NCBI GenBank assembly: GCA_022605425.2
Contig: CM061250.1
Span: forward strand, 1,112,230 to 1,176,229
DNA length: 64,000 bases
Source of the DNA: Hamiltosporidium tvaerminnensis FI-OER-3-3
Lineage: Eukaryota > Fungi > Microsporidia
Direction: 5' to 3'
The notes beneath the pieces were generated by a model. That model saw only the letters and a list, made by a program, of their open reading frames with translations. It did not search any database and had not been told where the DNA came from. Shown in pieces: positions 15,340 to 30,489 of the stretch; the stretch's first letter is position 1; each line of letters starts with the position of its first letter. The translations under genes were made by a program, and so were the position numbers.

Positions 15340-16914
15340 TTATGTATACATCTTCATACCGAGTCCTTTCAAATTAGCAGTTGCTTCTATAATTGGGCTC
15401 TTTGCTTTGGGCTTATTGTAGTTGTAATTAAATTTAATTATATTTTGGGTTATCTAGCAATATATTCTAAGTAAATTCATTCACTTGTTTGGTTAAATCC
15501 GACTTTAAAGAAGCTCGATGATTTTTTTGATAGCACCCTTTGAATCATACTAGTAACACATGTAAATAACCTTACATATGGCCATTCGATAATCCAAATC
15601 AGCTTAGAAACTGTAAGAAATAAAAATTAACCTTTAAATATTCAAATAAAATCTATCAGTTGATTGTGGCATATGTTTATATGGCTTCTACATTAAGTTC
15701 AATCCTTCAAAATAAATGAAATATTCAGTTTCATGCTAACATATTCATAAATAACTTTTAAAAGATGCCACAACATTTAGCCTCCAACATTCATTATAGT
15801 TTTTAGTAATTTTTAACATTCAATTGTCTTTCTTTTGTATTTAAGGAGACAAATCGTAATTTTGATATTATAATCTCTAAACGAATCAACAAAATCATAG
15901 AAATTTTATTTGTTGAATTACAATACACGACTGATTTCATTAAAAAAATGGTTTTTTAACCTTCTCATTCAATCTCCTTATATTTATATATCAAAATATT
16001 ATCAATATCTCCTAATTCAAATTAGTATAGTAGTTCCTCATTATGTAAAGACTTTTATTATATTTATATCTAATTAGCAAAATACATATTAAAAAAATAA
16101 TTATCAATTTGGTTTATACTGAAATATATCTTTTAAAGATTCATTCTATATTTATACTAAATTAAAATTTTATCTATATGTTTTTTTATTCATTGAATTA
16201 CTTTTTTTGTTAATCCGCATTGCTTTATAAAAAAGTTAAAGATCTAAGAAAACCAAAAAAATACAGATTCTACATTAATTAAAAATCAGTTGTAGCGATT
16301 TTCTTTTATATAGATAAATGATTTAAGCACATTAAAATTATCATTTACTTAATCTAAAAACAGTTATTGAAATCTGGTTTTAGAATAGAAATAGTATAAT
16401 AAGAACAAGGTTACCAGTTCGAGACATTTTAGTATACTATCCTATTTATTTAATTTAATTCTTTAGATCTTTGCAGTAAGATAGTATATAATTCTAATAA
16501 GAAGACTTTACAAAATTGAAAACAATTTAATACATTTATAACTATGACAATTTAAGTTGGTTTACTCTGACTATATTTTACGAAATTAAATATATATTTA
16601 TATGAATATATTGAGACGAATGAAATCTTCAAAAAACTGCTTATAGATTGTATTAAACATAATAAATTAATCTCTTTATAAATCTATAAAATATTATCTA
16701 TTTCAAGAAAGACAAAAGTATTAATTTTCTGATAAATTCCATTAAAACTTCTATACATGATAAAAATACCTTTTCAAATGTACATTTTTCTTTCAAATAT
16801 ATTTATTTTTTTTTAAGTAACATAAACAATACATTTATAATAATGCCTGGCATTTTGCTCAATTTAAAGGAAGGTATGTAATTTGAGGTTATGTAGAAAT
16901 CTAAAGTTACGCAT
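15340..16914 (-). pseudogene. Family A copy 1 (short form); unknown product with a hydrophobic N-terminus and weak LRR-like LxxLxI segments
   Basis: Colinear similarity to four other copies (e.g. GTTGATTGTGG, AAATCCGACTT, CAATTGTCTT). The ATG at 16914 opens MRNFRFLHNL. Many stops and frameshifts. Confidence 0.62.
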
Positions 16915-17400
16915 AAATACCATATATGATTGATGTTTCTAACAATATACCGAGAGCTTTTCTGAACAATTTCACAAAATTTAATACGCCCATATTTAGA
17001 CTGAACACAAGGTATAATAACCAATATTGCAAAAACATGTTTTTAGATATCGAGATAAGGTTTTAAGAGTCTGAATAAAAAGAATGAACATAAAAAAACC
17101 TACAATACATTACACTCAAAAACTTCTAATTATGGTAAATTTTATAAGCTTATTAAGGTTAACCCCTTAAAATCATATAGGAAGAGAAAATACTACAGTA
17201 CATATTCCAATGTAACAAAATGATATGATTAAAGGAATTATAAGATAGATGAATATAAAATTTTTATAAATTCATTAAATAGGAATAAAATTATAGTTTA
17301 TTAGAAAATAAAATGTTACTTTATTCTATAACTTTATGATTAAAATAACTAGACTTCTTTCATAAGTAGAAAAACTGCTTACATAAGTGACCACTTAACT
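16915..17400 (-). promoter_or_regulatory. Conserved family-A upstream cassette, copy 1 (CArG variant CTAATTATGG 17126-17135; CCATATTTAG 16990-16999)
   Basis: ~480 bp alignable across four copies. No frame stays open across copies, and motif spacing to the start is fixed. Confidence 0.55.
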
Positions 17401-19009
17401 TAGTAGATGAATAACAAAAGAATGATCTAAAATTATAGATAACGGTATATTAAAATATTTTGAAGTAAAACATATTAAATATATGTAGAATTTCTAAATT
17501 TAGTTAAAATAAGTAAAATTATTACAAAATACAATATTCAATTAAAAAAATCTAAAGAAGAAAAATGTTTATTAAAATATAAATGTAATACAATTATTTA
17601 TTTAAAAGTCAAAGTTTATATAAAAGATAAATACATACTACCAAATTCAAATTAAACCTAAAAAGGAACTTGAAATAGTGTATTTCAACCTTAAAACTAA
17701 AATAAATAAATAAAAAACAGAATTGACAAATCAAAACCATATTCCAAAAATACGAGATGTAACTATTATAAATATACTTTGAAAAAAAAATGATTAAACT
17801 TAAAAATTACGGAATCAAATAAATATTTTGTATCGTATGTAAAAAATATTACAAAAAACTATTAATGTAATACTTTTCCATTTAAAACAATTATATGACT
17901 TACTAAACAAAAATAGACAAATAATAGTTAAAATTTAAACAAACAACTTTCTAATGCATTATATTTGAAGAATATATTTTTAAAATTACATAGTATTGTA
18001 ATATAAATTTATTAAAAATAACAATTTCTAATTTTAAATAGAATTTTTGTGTATAGAATCAAATAAACCATCTGAAATGATTTTATAATACTTATATCAC
18101 ATTTATGATTTGTTTGAAATTGCAATATTTAGAAAACCGCTAAAAAAACTAACAGAATCATAAATAAAAAGTAAAAAAGTTTTTTTGTAAATATAAACTA
18201 TATAAGCGAAAAAAAAATTAAAATAAAAGGCATATATTAATAAAATTTTAATCTTAAAAAAAAGAAATTATTGAATATTAAAATGAAGAAAAAGAGTTTT
18301 AATCCAAACCGTATAGTTTTAAATAACAACTTATAAATCACACGATTGAAAGTATATATAACAACTTTATAAGTCCAAATATAGTTTTTCAATCTGAAAT
18401 AACGTAAAAAAAGGAAATAACTTAGTAAATATATTTTAGGTAACATAATAACTTATTAAAAGTGTGATAACTCAACATCTCTGATTAAATAAAATTATAA
18501 GTGTCTAAAATAACAAATAGAGAAATAATTTAGGTAAAATAAAAATGTCATTAAGAGATATACAAGTAAAAAAAATTGTATGTGGCATAACAAATAGGGA
18601 GTAGATTAATAACAAAACAGAGAAATACTTTAAAAGATGTTTGAATTAGATCCCTAATTTGTTTAAAACTGATCATAGAGTGTTAAAAGTCTTTTAGTTA
18701 TTTTTAGAGCAACTATGAAATCTTAACCTTCATACATTTCTATATACATTTTTTTATATTGTTGGAATCTTTAATACGAATATATGATACTAATAAAAAC
18801 CAATCAGGTGCCAAAAATAAACCCTAAATACCAGAAATATTATAATAACATTGAAATGTGTTATATCATGAAAATCAGTTGCTTTTGATCGATTTTTTTG
18901 TTAAAACATATACATTTTATAAGCCTTCTTTTGATTTTGGAATCGATCATTTCACTATATTAAAACCTTCTACTTAAAACTAAACATTTACGCATTGCAA
19001 ATTTCGAAA

Positions 19010-19350
19010 TATTCGTCCAGATTATATCCTAAAAAAACAAACATTATTCATATGAACTTATCAAAGTAATTTGCAAGAATTTTTAACGAGTTAATCTTAT
19101 ATCTGTTAATAAATTTTTCTATAATTCTTAATATGTTTTTTAATATATACATTACATGCTGAAAATTAAAAAGAATATATCAAAAAACTTCGAAGCAAGA
19201 TCAGAAAAAAAGATTGCACCCTGTTAAATACAATTAATTAGACATCTCTGATATGTCTTCTATAATTTATAGATATTAAAATGTAGGTTTTTTCGAATAT
19301 ATTTTTTATAAATATCACAGTGTCACTCAATATCCCGAAACCAGTCAAAG
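19010..19350 (-). mobile_element. Merlin-like transposase remnant (catalytic/C-terminal part)
   Basis: Minus-strand W/FGI (~19330-19343, frameshifted, ~WVFG), QGAIFFSD (19200-19223, ~PGSxIxSD), FQH, and ANYFDKFI* (19049-19075, ~YLxEFxW), in order. Confidence 0.45.
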
Positions 19351-20559
19351 AAAGATAAAATTCATATAAAAAACAAAATTTAAATTTAAAAGAAATTTAA
19401 TAGGTTGATATAAAACCATTTGTAACATCTGTATAAGTTGATAAGAAAAAATTCGTATACTACTTAATTTCATTTTTTTTTCTATTTCAATCTTTTCATA
19501 TAGTATATACAAAACATATCTAATAAGGTTCAAAAACGAAGAGTAGTAAAGTTTAGCAAAAACTTAATTTGAAAAAAACCAGATTTTATAATTATTGATA
19601 TTTTTGTATAATTTATCAGATTTTCACGCATATGATTTTTTAAATTTTTTTTTCAAATATTCATATTTTCAATACGACTATATGTAACTATATCGACCGT
19701 ATTAGAGAATTTATGATCACAGAAAATTATAAAAATCATCTAGAAATTTTATTTAAAACACAGTTATTGACTTATGACAAAATATTTTGTTATATTCAAA
19801 GGAATTTTCAGGTTTTTAATCAGTTATCTTTTAAATCTTTTATGAAAAATTTTGAAAGGCTTACACATTATATACAAAATAGGTTAACAAAATGCAAAAA
19901 AATGTATAAAATAATGTCTTGGAAGATTGTGAAATTTTATAAAAAACACAATTATTTGTTTCTTTAAGAGATATTTCCCTGTATTTCTAGTTGTTTTTAA
20001 CTATTTGAACATATACTTTGCCATAATATTTTTTGATAATTCTCGATTCGTTTTATATACCATATACAAATATAGAAAGAAAAAAGTCAAAAAAACAGGT
20101 AATTAAGATAAGCATAAACTTTATCAAATTTTATAACAAACACAACAGTCAATTTTTTTAAAAAATATTCGTATTATTCTTACTTTTTTAAATAAGGAAA
20201 TAGTATTTCTTTTGTAAACTGTATTTTAGAAATTCAAAATCATTAATACTGCTAGATGTAACTTCATTAAGCCTAATAAAAAAAATCAAGCAATATGAAA
20301 ACCTAATAAAAATTACTAGATTTTATTTTTAACTATGGGAAAAATTCTTCCTTGGTCTCAGCTATATTCTTTCTAATTATCAGCAAGAACATCTTCATTT
20401 TCGAATTATATTTTTCATATATTCATACTACTATATGCAAAACAAATAAAACATGTATGAAAAAATATACTGAAACGAATTTATAAAAAATATAATGTAA
20501 ATTTATATGATAAGGATACCTTCTACTTATGATATACTGATATATCATATTTGCGATGT

Positions 20560-21000
20560 TTTAGAAATACAAATCCGGAAATATTTTAAATAAATTGTTT
20601 TCTTCTTTAAAATTACTTCATACACAATATACTATGCATTCATGACAAATTTGCTAAAAGAAATTTAGAAATTTACTTTCAGAACATCGAAGTTTATTCC
20701 AAACGGACTTCGTGGCTTATTTTAAGACAACTCGATAGATTAATTAGATTTTTTGGCATACCTAAATTTTTTTTTTCCTTGATGTTTTGTTAATTTACAA
20801 ATCTTGACATATTATAGGTATATATGGCTAAAAAAATCCCAAAAAAAATTGATACTCAAAAAATTCTTTAAAATGACTTACGATTATCATAAAGCGTAAA
20901 AATTTGCTTGCCGATCGTATTTTTATAATAATCGGAGCGTTATTAGGTGTTTCATTGTGTATTTTTCTAACTAGATTTTCTCATAATTCTGTGATCTTTG
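20560..21000 (-). mobile_element. Possible second piggyBac transposase remnant
   Basis: Minus-strand KFLRF/DNR (20880-20905, ~LRFDD) followed by KPRSPFGI (20696-20718, ~KPxKxGIK). Confidence 0.33.
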
Positions 21001-24000
21001 AAAAAACATATACAAAATATATCAAGCAAGCTTGTTAAATAGGCAATAAAAATTGAAAAGAAACAGATCGATTTTTTAGTAAACATTTAGATAAACAGTA
21101 AAAGTTTAATGAGATGTATTTTTGGAAATTTCTAGGCATTGAGCCGATACTATTTTTACCACAATTTTTTTTTGATTTTTTTAAATCTTGTGTAAGACTA
21201 TACAAAATCCGATTAAACAAATCCAAAAAAAAATTACAAAAATATATTATGATACATCGAATCTTTAGAAGCTATATGTAATGTTTTTGGCCTTCTTTGT
21301 TAATAAATTATATATATTTTTGTTTAATTGAATTTTTGAATTTATAATAGAATATATCAATACTAATCTTAAAAAATATCAAAAATTTAATAGCAAGCTA
21401 AATTTCTTTTTTATAAATGATTTAAAAGCAGTAAAATCATACATTATCTATTTTCTATACTTTTCATCAATCAAAGCATTATTATTTTTATTTTATATTT
21501 GAGGATAACATTCGAATCGTTCTATATAGTATATACAAAATGTAACAAATATTTTTTAAAAAATTCAATACGAAAAATGCAAATAAAATATGTTAAAACT
21601 CGACAAAAACATAATATTAATGATTTTTCAAGAGCATATATAAATAGTGGTCTATTTTTATGATAATATTTAAGGTATGTTAGAAATCATAATAAAATTA
21701 TGTTCGTAAAGGTTAATAGTAAGTTTTTTGAGGTAAAGATTGTCATAAAAGAAAATTTTCACTTTTATTTACTTATATCCATATGATTCTGCGAAACAAA
21801 GAGTAATTTATAAAGCCGTCTATTAAATTACTAGTTAAGTCTATATTGGTTTTAATTAACAGATCCAACTTAAAAAATTTAATAGTTAAATAGTAGAACT
21901 TAAATTAGAGTAAAGAACAGGTAATTTAAATTTTAAACCCCTTTCAAACTATATCATTATTTAAACATTACCCTTGAATTATATTTTATTATTAGTAGGG
22001 TTATTGCTATTATACACCATATTTTAAATACAATACTTATTTTTACGATTTTGTATAACATGTAGAGAATACAGCCTTTAAGTTGATTTTGAAGAAAATT
22101 ATTTTATAAAAAAAGTAAATTTATTAGAATAAGAATGGATTCAGTAGAAACATTCTTTGAGAATGTCAAACAAATGAAAGAATCAAATGTATGAAAAAAG
22201 ATAAGAAGGTAGAACTTTTAATTTAAAAATATAAAAAATTCGTTGATTATAGCTTTTCTGATATAAAATTATAAATTGAAGTGAAACGATATTTAGTGGA
22301 TGTTGGTTATTATTTTTAATCATACATTTCATGCTTTTTATTGGAAAGAAATATTCTTAATGTTTTGGAAAAAATATTCTCAAAGATATATATTTGTGAA
22401 CTGGACGCGAAAATTAAACGGTGGAAGGTTCATAAAAGAATATGAAATGCGCCAATTCTTAAATATAAAATATACAACATTTAATTAAAGAATGAACCCA
22501 ATTTTAAAATAGTGTTTTGAAAAAGTTATTTTCTATATTGATATTCTATAATTAAAATTTTTATTCCCTCATTTTAAATTCTAAATTTCTTATCTTTATT
22601 TCTAAGCTAGGTTATAAGGATTTAATTCATGAAGAGAAAATAGTATAGTGTTTAGATTTATAAGTGTATATGATGAGCATAATTTTTCTCTAGTTTACGA
22701 ATCCAAACCTTCGTAATTTAAACAAAGTATCAGTCTTTGAACACAATCAATGATAGTAACGAATATGTATAGATTTTTGAAAACTATATGCACTTAGCAC
22801 TTTCTTATGTAAAAAATATTAAGATGTAAGTGAACGCGAAAAGTAACTTGTAAATTATAAGAAATTATTAGATTAGGGAGCGTGAAAGATAAATTGTTTC
22901 CATGAAGACAGTACTATTTAAAATAAAGATATTTATTTAATTTATAAAAAATGTTTTGAAAAATTGGTTATTTTTACTTTTGTATAATTTTAATTTTCTG
23001 TGGTCTTTTCATAAGAGGATATAAATCATTGTATATTCTAGGGTTTTAGGGAATGTAAGACTATGAAAGAAGTAGAATTTCTATAATACAAAGAGTTTAT
23101 AAAATGATAGCTTGAATCTGACAATGCAAGAATCAATATTGTTAAAATATTGCTTATAATTACTAATTTATAATAAATTGAGTCAAGAACTCTAATCCAT
23201 AGAGTACAATCATAATTGATAAGTTCTTTTGGATTGCAAGTGTGTAAAAAAAATTAATTAAACCTATATGACGCATAGATATATTCAAACGATTATATAT
23301 TATAATCTCGGTAGTTTATACTTAGCTTTTAAGTATTTCTACATTGTATTAAAAAGACTAACAGCCAAAAAACATTAATTTACATTGTGAGTTTAACTAT
23401 ATTTTGAAAAATGAATTTTTCTTCAAATTTTTTTTTTCAAGAAAGGGTTTAAATTAAATAATCCATTTTCTTGAATATGCTTGTTCAATCATATATCAAT
23501 ATTAAAACGGATCAATAGACAATACGAAAATAAGATCAATATAGGTTAGGTATTTTTTTATAAAAATATAATTGCCTTAATACATATAAGTCTACATATA
23601 AGATATAAAAAATGTATTATTTTTAATGTATATTGCGAATTTTAGTATTATATGTACTCACTTTGAAATTATGAAAAAAATGTAACTATACATATGATAT
23701 ATACTATAAGAAAATTTATAAGCAGTACTATAGAGTAACATAGAAAATGTGGTAAAAAATATTTTGTTATGTTTTTCTCAAATATATACAGAAAAATATT
23801 TTACTGCAAATTCATGCTCTCAAAATATATTCCTTTAAAGAGTTTTACAAAAAAGCCAAGTATTATATTTTAATTTAACTTAATTTTAGAATCATGTAAA
23901 ATAAAAAACATTAGAAACCTGAAAGTTTGGTTTTCTTGCTACACTAAAATTTCAAGAATATCAACAGAAAAAAATTGTGCATATAATTCCTTCTAAACTT

Positions 24001-24154
24001 AAAAATAAGATTTTATTCATAAAAGATTTTGAAGTAAAAGGTTCTAAATACTTAGTTTAATAAATATTACAAGTTTTTATAGTTTATATGCTTTGATTAA
24101 ACATTTGTTTTTCTTCGTACTATATATTATCTTAATTGTCTCCTTAAAATTTAA

Positions 24155-25100
24155 CTACCCTGGCTTTTTACTATCGTATAATATTTTCGGCTGCCAAATG
24201 TTGTCGATACCAATTTTTCAAAAAAAAAAAAACTTTCTGTAATTTTTATGTATACTTCTATATAAATTCGCTAATTGATGAATATTGACTTAATGCCCGA
24301 AATGCGTGCCATTTCTTTTAGCCATTTTATAAAATATTTAAGTTATCTTGGTTCATTTAGAATATTTTTAATTGAGTTTGCTGTACGATTGAGATAAATG
24401 CTTAGGGTATTTAAACTCAAATTTTATAATAAAGCTTATCTCTAAATAGATATTTAGAGTTTTTTCATCGTGCTTTCATAGTATTTTGTCATGCCCGGCA
24501 ATTTTTTCCAATTAAGAGTTCCATAAATATGCTCATTCACAATGAATCACTTAGGAATAGTAAAGCACCGCCTGAATTTCTCTTCAAAACTACGAAAGAG
24601 TATCTTGTTGTTTGAATTGTAGCATTCTTACAATAGATTTTACTTCAGATCGTAAATTATGCATTTCTGTTCATTTGTTAAGGGTTTGGCAGAATCATTT
24701 GATGTGGTACATATTTTGAGGTATGATAAACATATCCGAGAATTTCTTAAATATATTGACCATACATCTGTTTTTAGATTAGGTTTTTATCTAGTGACTA
24801 TGTGCATAGCAGGTATTTAAGAGTTAAATTAATGGAATCAATAAGTTATTTGAGAATATTCGATTACATTGACTCATAAAATCTAAAATACCTTAGATAA
24901 TTTCAATTTTGAGCCTTTCTATCTACCTCTAATAAATTTATGTAATTTTTACCAGAATGACTTTTCGTTTTAATGCCCAAAATTTCTCATTCTTCTGCCA
25001 TTTCCGGGAAATTTTTACAGATATAAGCCTATTATTTCTAGCTTATTATAGTCTTTGGAATAAGCTTGTTATATAATGGTTATAGATTGTGCCGGTGATG
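24155..25100 (-). mobile_element. Decayed R4/Dong-like reverse transcriptase N-terminal fragment
   Basis: Minus-strand NWK/IAGHDKI (24482-24512, frameshifted, ~NWKAxGxDxI), ANLYR (24257-24271, ~SNLYK) and LAAEN...QG (24160-24197, ~LLAENQ..QG) occur in the expected order. The region is locally GC-richer. Confidence 0.55.
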
Positions 25101-26869
25101 TGTATATGTATTTTTTAGACTTTTACTTACTTTTTTTATCAACCTCTTGAAAAATATGTCAATCAAAAAAAGCAACTTTTTTTACTAAAACATTTTTTTG
25201 ATTAACTGTTACAAAAATTACAATATAAATTTTACAAAAATAGATTCCAACTATAATTCTTCAAAATATAAATCTATTATATTAATATACAGATTTATTA
25301 GTTCGTTACATCTGCTTTGATATTTAATAATGACAAAGATTATCCAAAAGTTTGTATATACATGATTCTTTTAAGTCGAAATAATATCGAACATATATTT
25401 TGATAGTCTCCCGAGGCTTTCTTATTATGAAATATTCATAACAATTATACCTAAAAAAAATATGTGTATGAAAAAAAAAGTAAGGTAATTTTTTAATACA
25501 TTCTAAACGACCGTGAGAAAATAAAATACTACTTAGCAGAAATACAAAAATATTTATTTTTAACTGATAGATACAAATTATTTATTTCTTATTACTTCAA
25601 AAATTAAAAAAGTTTATAAAGAAAGTAAGATTTTTAGATGCAAGTTTTTTATTAGAATATAATTTTGAGAAGAGAGAAAAAAATTAATAACAAGTATTAC
25701 TAATAAATATAAAATCTAAAAAGAATAATTTTCCGAGAATGTTAAAATATCGATACATGAAAATATATGAAGAATCCATTCAAACAGTCAAGGCATCAAG
25801 TTTAAAGTAAAAAATTTCTTCTTAAAAAGTTTATTACTTCTTACAATATTCTAATTTCTATATAACACATAATATGTTAGAAAGCTATTATGATCTAAAA
25901 AATAAAATATGTTTTTAAATAGATAAATCAAAAGTCTTAATAAATTTACTAAGTCTGCTTTGAAATATTAAATATCAGAAATAAAAATTTTTAAAAAGCC
26001 AAATAACTAATAAATGTATTCCATAAGCGAGCGCTTAATACGTTGAAAACTTGTAAGTTTATTCTAAATACGTTATAGATATAGTAATTTCTTCGTATAA
26101 ATATATAAAACATTTTTGGTTTAAAATTTAATCTATAATATAAAGCTAGGATTTCCGAGAATAAATATCAAAATATAAATCTAACGTTATAAAACTAAAC
26201 AAAGAATATGATAGCAGGATCCAACGATTTTACTTAAAACCGAATTGCGTTATAAAGGCGCAATTATGGGTATAAGACGTAAATCATATTCTGCTGTACA
26301 TTCAATATAGTTCAATAAAAACGCTTTTCCCAGGGCAAACATTACAATCTATCTATTTTTATCAAATCGCTTAGATAACAAAAATGCTTTTCGGATAATT
26401 CCCTACAAAAATAACGAAAACAACTCTTGAAGAGAATCAAATATAAATAAAATATTTACAAGTACCTTAAAATAAATATTTAAAACGGTAATAAAAAAAT
26501 CTAATAGCTCATTAAAAAACATTTCTAAAGAGAACTACCGCTATAAAAAGAATTATTTAAATTTCGCCTTTTCTTTCCGTTCATAACTGTTTAAAGCAAA
26601 AGAAATAAAATTCTTTTATTCGACTTAATTCTACATAATAATTATAATGACAAAAATTTTCAGATTTTAACAAAGTCATACAATAACAAAATACACATAG
26701 TTAATTTTATTTATTAACTTTACAATATTGTTACAAAGGATATTCTTAAAAATTTAAATATCTTTTATACATTTATAAAAAGCTATAACTTATCGTATTT
26801 TACTCTTGCAAATTTTCTAAGAAATTAGAATTAGCAATTGGATGAAAATTTATTTTAATTTAAATAAGT

Positions 26870-28840
26870 TACCCTAAAAATAAATTAACCAATTGAAACT
26901 TATTTAGAAAAAAAAAGTAGAATTTATATTTTTTAAACTCTTCCTCCTTATGAAATATAGCTCCCTTTTTCTCTGATGAAACGTATCATTTTTATTTTTT
27001 TTGAAAAGTTAAAGAGAAACAAGATGATTAAAAATACGGAATGTAATTTAAATAGAACAGACCAATGGATTCATCCTTTTTTACATTTCAAAATGTACTG
27101 ATATTTGCATTTTAAAACTGTCTTTATGCAATTGCAAAATTATAGGAACATGCAACAATCGAAAGATCTACTTCTTTTTTAGTTGAAACGTTTTGTTTGA
27201 AGAATTTTTTATCCTCAGTTTTTTGTATATGACATTTAGAAGATACTAGTTTAAAGAATATTTTTAGATGTTTTATTTTTGTAGTCAAATTTAAAACAAA
27301 AAAAATCATAAAATTAAGATTTAAATTAAAATATCAGAAAATTCGCTTTTTAAACTAAGAACCTTCTAAATGCTATATATATTAGAAAGTGGGATACAGA
27401 AATTACTTTTACAATTATTGATTCAACAGAAAAGAAAAAAACCTATAAAGACGATTGCATGGTATATAACTCCCTTAGAATTAATTACAACATAGAGGTT
27501 TTTAAAATATTTAAAATAAGTAAGGCTTGTAAATTGTAATATAAAAGAAGTGAAAAATATGGTAGAAGGCATTTTGTAATATAATGACAAGGTCATTTAA
27601 ATATAAAATTTGATTTATTTTTGTTCCTATGGTGTATTGATAGGCTGTTAAGCATACAATATTTTTATGTTTTTTTATATATATTTACATTTTTTGGTAC
27701 GAGTGCTTATCCTAGTTTAGAGCCTGAGTAATACCGGGTCGGGGGTTTTCTATCATTATTTTTTTAGTTTCAATGTAATTCCCGAACAAAAAAACGTTTT
27801 TTTTAATTTCTGACAAAAAAAATTAATAGTCAATATTTTTTTAAGATCTGCAATTTTGTTTTGGCGCAAATAAAATTACCAATTGTCTTATATATATTTA
27901 ATCTTTAAACATTATGCAATATAGGCATAATTAAAATTTTTTTGTTGGTCTCCATACTTATACCAGATTAATTGTGTTCAAACCCTGCTATATAACGCAA
28001 TTATCTTCACTTTCATAATACCCTTTTCATCTTAGAATAAAAATATATTTCGTTGAAAATTTAAGCTTTTCAATAAAATTCTTTTTTAACTTATAATGTA
28101 TTTACATAAAAGAGGTTAAAATTTTATAATATATACACGAAGAACAAAATTTAAACCTCACTTAACGTTTCTTTTTTAAACGATAAAAAATACTTTTATA
28201 TGGAAATAATGATAAAAAATATAAACTTTTTAGACAGCTATTATCACAAGATATATTTCCCAAAATTTAATTTAAAAAAAGGATGACTATCTTTGACACA
28301 ACCGTATATCCTACAAAAATTTAAGGAAAATATTTCCTGCAGCAAATTTACCTTCTTAACTTTTTTAAAAAATATATAATTTCCGTTTACATATCTTATA
28401 TCTTAAAATGACATTTCTTAGATTTTCAAATTTGTCTCGAAATCGTCAAAAAAGGCATAATTTATTAAAGATTACAATAAAGATACAACAAGGGTTAAAT
28501 TATAACCTAAATAGAGAATTTAATTTTCTTCCCAGATTTGGCATTAGCACTACATCAGAACGTCTTCAGCAGTAAAGTCATTTTTTCTATCATTTATGTT
28601 GAGAAAATTACATATTTAAACCGAGTGGGTATATACCAAGAAAAACTTTTATAAGCCTTACAATACTTATTTGGAACCAAAATTTGTTATCCGCTTTGAG
28701 AAAACAAAAAGAAAAAGTATAAGTAATATCTATTTAATATAGCACCAAGAAAATAGGAACATAGTAAACGGATATATGCTTTTAATATAAAGAAAACTAA
28801 ATGTAAATCAAGAAATAATTCTAAAATTTCAAAGGCATTC
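26870..28840 (-). pseudogene. Family C copy 1, unknown product
   Basis: Colinear with 49150-51645 (CCTCCTTATGAAATAT, CATGCAACAATCGAAAG, TTTGATTTATTTTTGTTCCTAT, ATACCAAGAAAAACTTTT). The strand is inferred from composition. Confidence 0.48.
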
Positions 28841-29799
28841 TTTTTTTTCTTTAAAAAAGTAATTAAGTAAATTTAAATATCTTCGGAATATTTTGATTTT
28901 TTTTAATAAAAATATTTTTTTGAAAAATTGAAAATCTTTCCAAAAAAAATATTTTTCAATTGAATCTTTTGACTTTTTTTTAGAATAGATTTATTAGTTA
29001 TAGATTACAAGTAACTTACCGAATTTTTTTTATCAGCATATTACAGATTTTTTTATAGGCATTAAAGGTAAATCTAAAGCCCTCAAACTAGTTTATAAAA
29101 TACTCATAACATTCTTATGACAGATAAAATCGGAATTAAAAATTGTTTTAAGGTAAAAATGATGAGAATAAAGGGTTTGAACCGTCGAGAAAAAAGCAGT
29201 GATCATATAGAATTTAACTTATATGAATTAGGTTCATATTCTAATATAGTCACAAAATATTTTTTTGCTTGAAACGGTTGCATATTTTATTTGATAATCT
29301 ATTCCGAAATTTAAATAAACTGCAAATTGTCGATTTGCGGAGACTATATGGTAACAAAGTATAAAATTAAAATATTTAAGGTACAAAGAAATATTAAACT
29401 TCTATTATATGTAAGTATATCTGCAAACCCTTAATAATTTTACTAAGTATACCAAAAATCAAACTATACTATCTGAGAAATATAGCGGAATGTAAAATTT
29501 TTGGTTTCTATTAAAATTTTAAAATTTAAGAAAATTAACGTGATGTGTGAATTTTCTTTTCTGCGTCAAACATGAACCATTATTTACATATGATAATTCA
29601 AGAACGACATATACAATTATATAAAACTTCAAAAAATACTAATTTTAGAAACATCCAGAATTACAAAGACAAATAACCCTTTAGTATATTGGCAAAATTT
29701 ATTTTTGGAATGAGGTAGTGTTCAAATATCAACAGTAATAAGAAACAGCTAGATTTAGACATAAAGGTTTGGTACAGATCATAATTTGTCTTTTATGTA

Positions 29800-30200
29800 A
29801 GAATTAAACTTCACTACATCCTCGGCTGCTCTGTAATAGTTGGTACTAGGAAGAACAGCCTAAATATGCGAATTTTTTTCTTGATCTGTTTAAGTGTTCA
29901 TGTAACGAAATGTCAAAGCGATAGAGCATGTAGCAATAGTATTTAAACTCAAAACCGGTGATTTTGCAACCAAATTTTAACACCCGGTGCTGGAAGATAG
30001 AAAAATGCAAATCTTTAATGATCTAGGGAACGATATAACCACTTATGTCTTTTTATAGAACATTTTTTGCCCAAATAAACTCTCGGTATTCTCCGGGTTA
30101 CTTTATAAATGAAGATATACTAAAATATAAGATGGTACAGCGATAAAAGGATGTGTACGCGTGATATTTTAAAGTGAAATCAAACCAACAATCATATTTC
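29800..30200 (+). mobile_element. Integrase remnant (KRBA2/SCAND3/Ginger-Gypsy-like)
   Basis: GC-richer island with PKYAN, a degenerate KCQ, and KPVILQPNFNTRC..MQ (29952-30010, ~KP....NSRCQxDLxDMQ). Confidence 0.42.
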
Positions 30201-30489
30201 AACAGAAAAATTATTTTAGAATAACTGCCTTTTGTTTTAAACATATTCCACAAAACCTTTAAATAAGACAGCTTTATAATGTAGTCAGCCTTAAAGATAC
30301 GAATAGAATTATAAGAAGGCGTTTTATATAAACCCTGACTATCTTTAATGCTTTAAAAATATCCCATATTTTGTTTTAAAAAGCTGCCCAGTTTTCCTAC
30401 AAAATAATACTGCAAATTTAATGCCGATAATTTTTATGATATTGGTTCGTATTAATATCTTTTGGCTTTATTGGTAGAAATTAAATATG

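Noticed and set aside
17100-17200. Plus-strand peptide KTSNYGKFYKLIKVNPLKSY in the conserved cassette
   Set aside because: It has some apparent synonymous changes, but the frame contains several stops in every copy, including shared ones nearer the gene. A non-coding reading fits better, though coding is not fully excluded.
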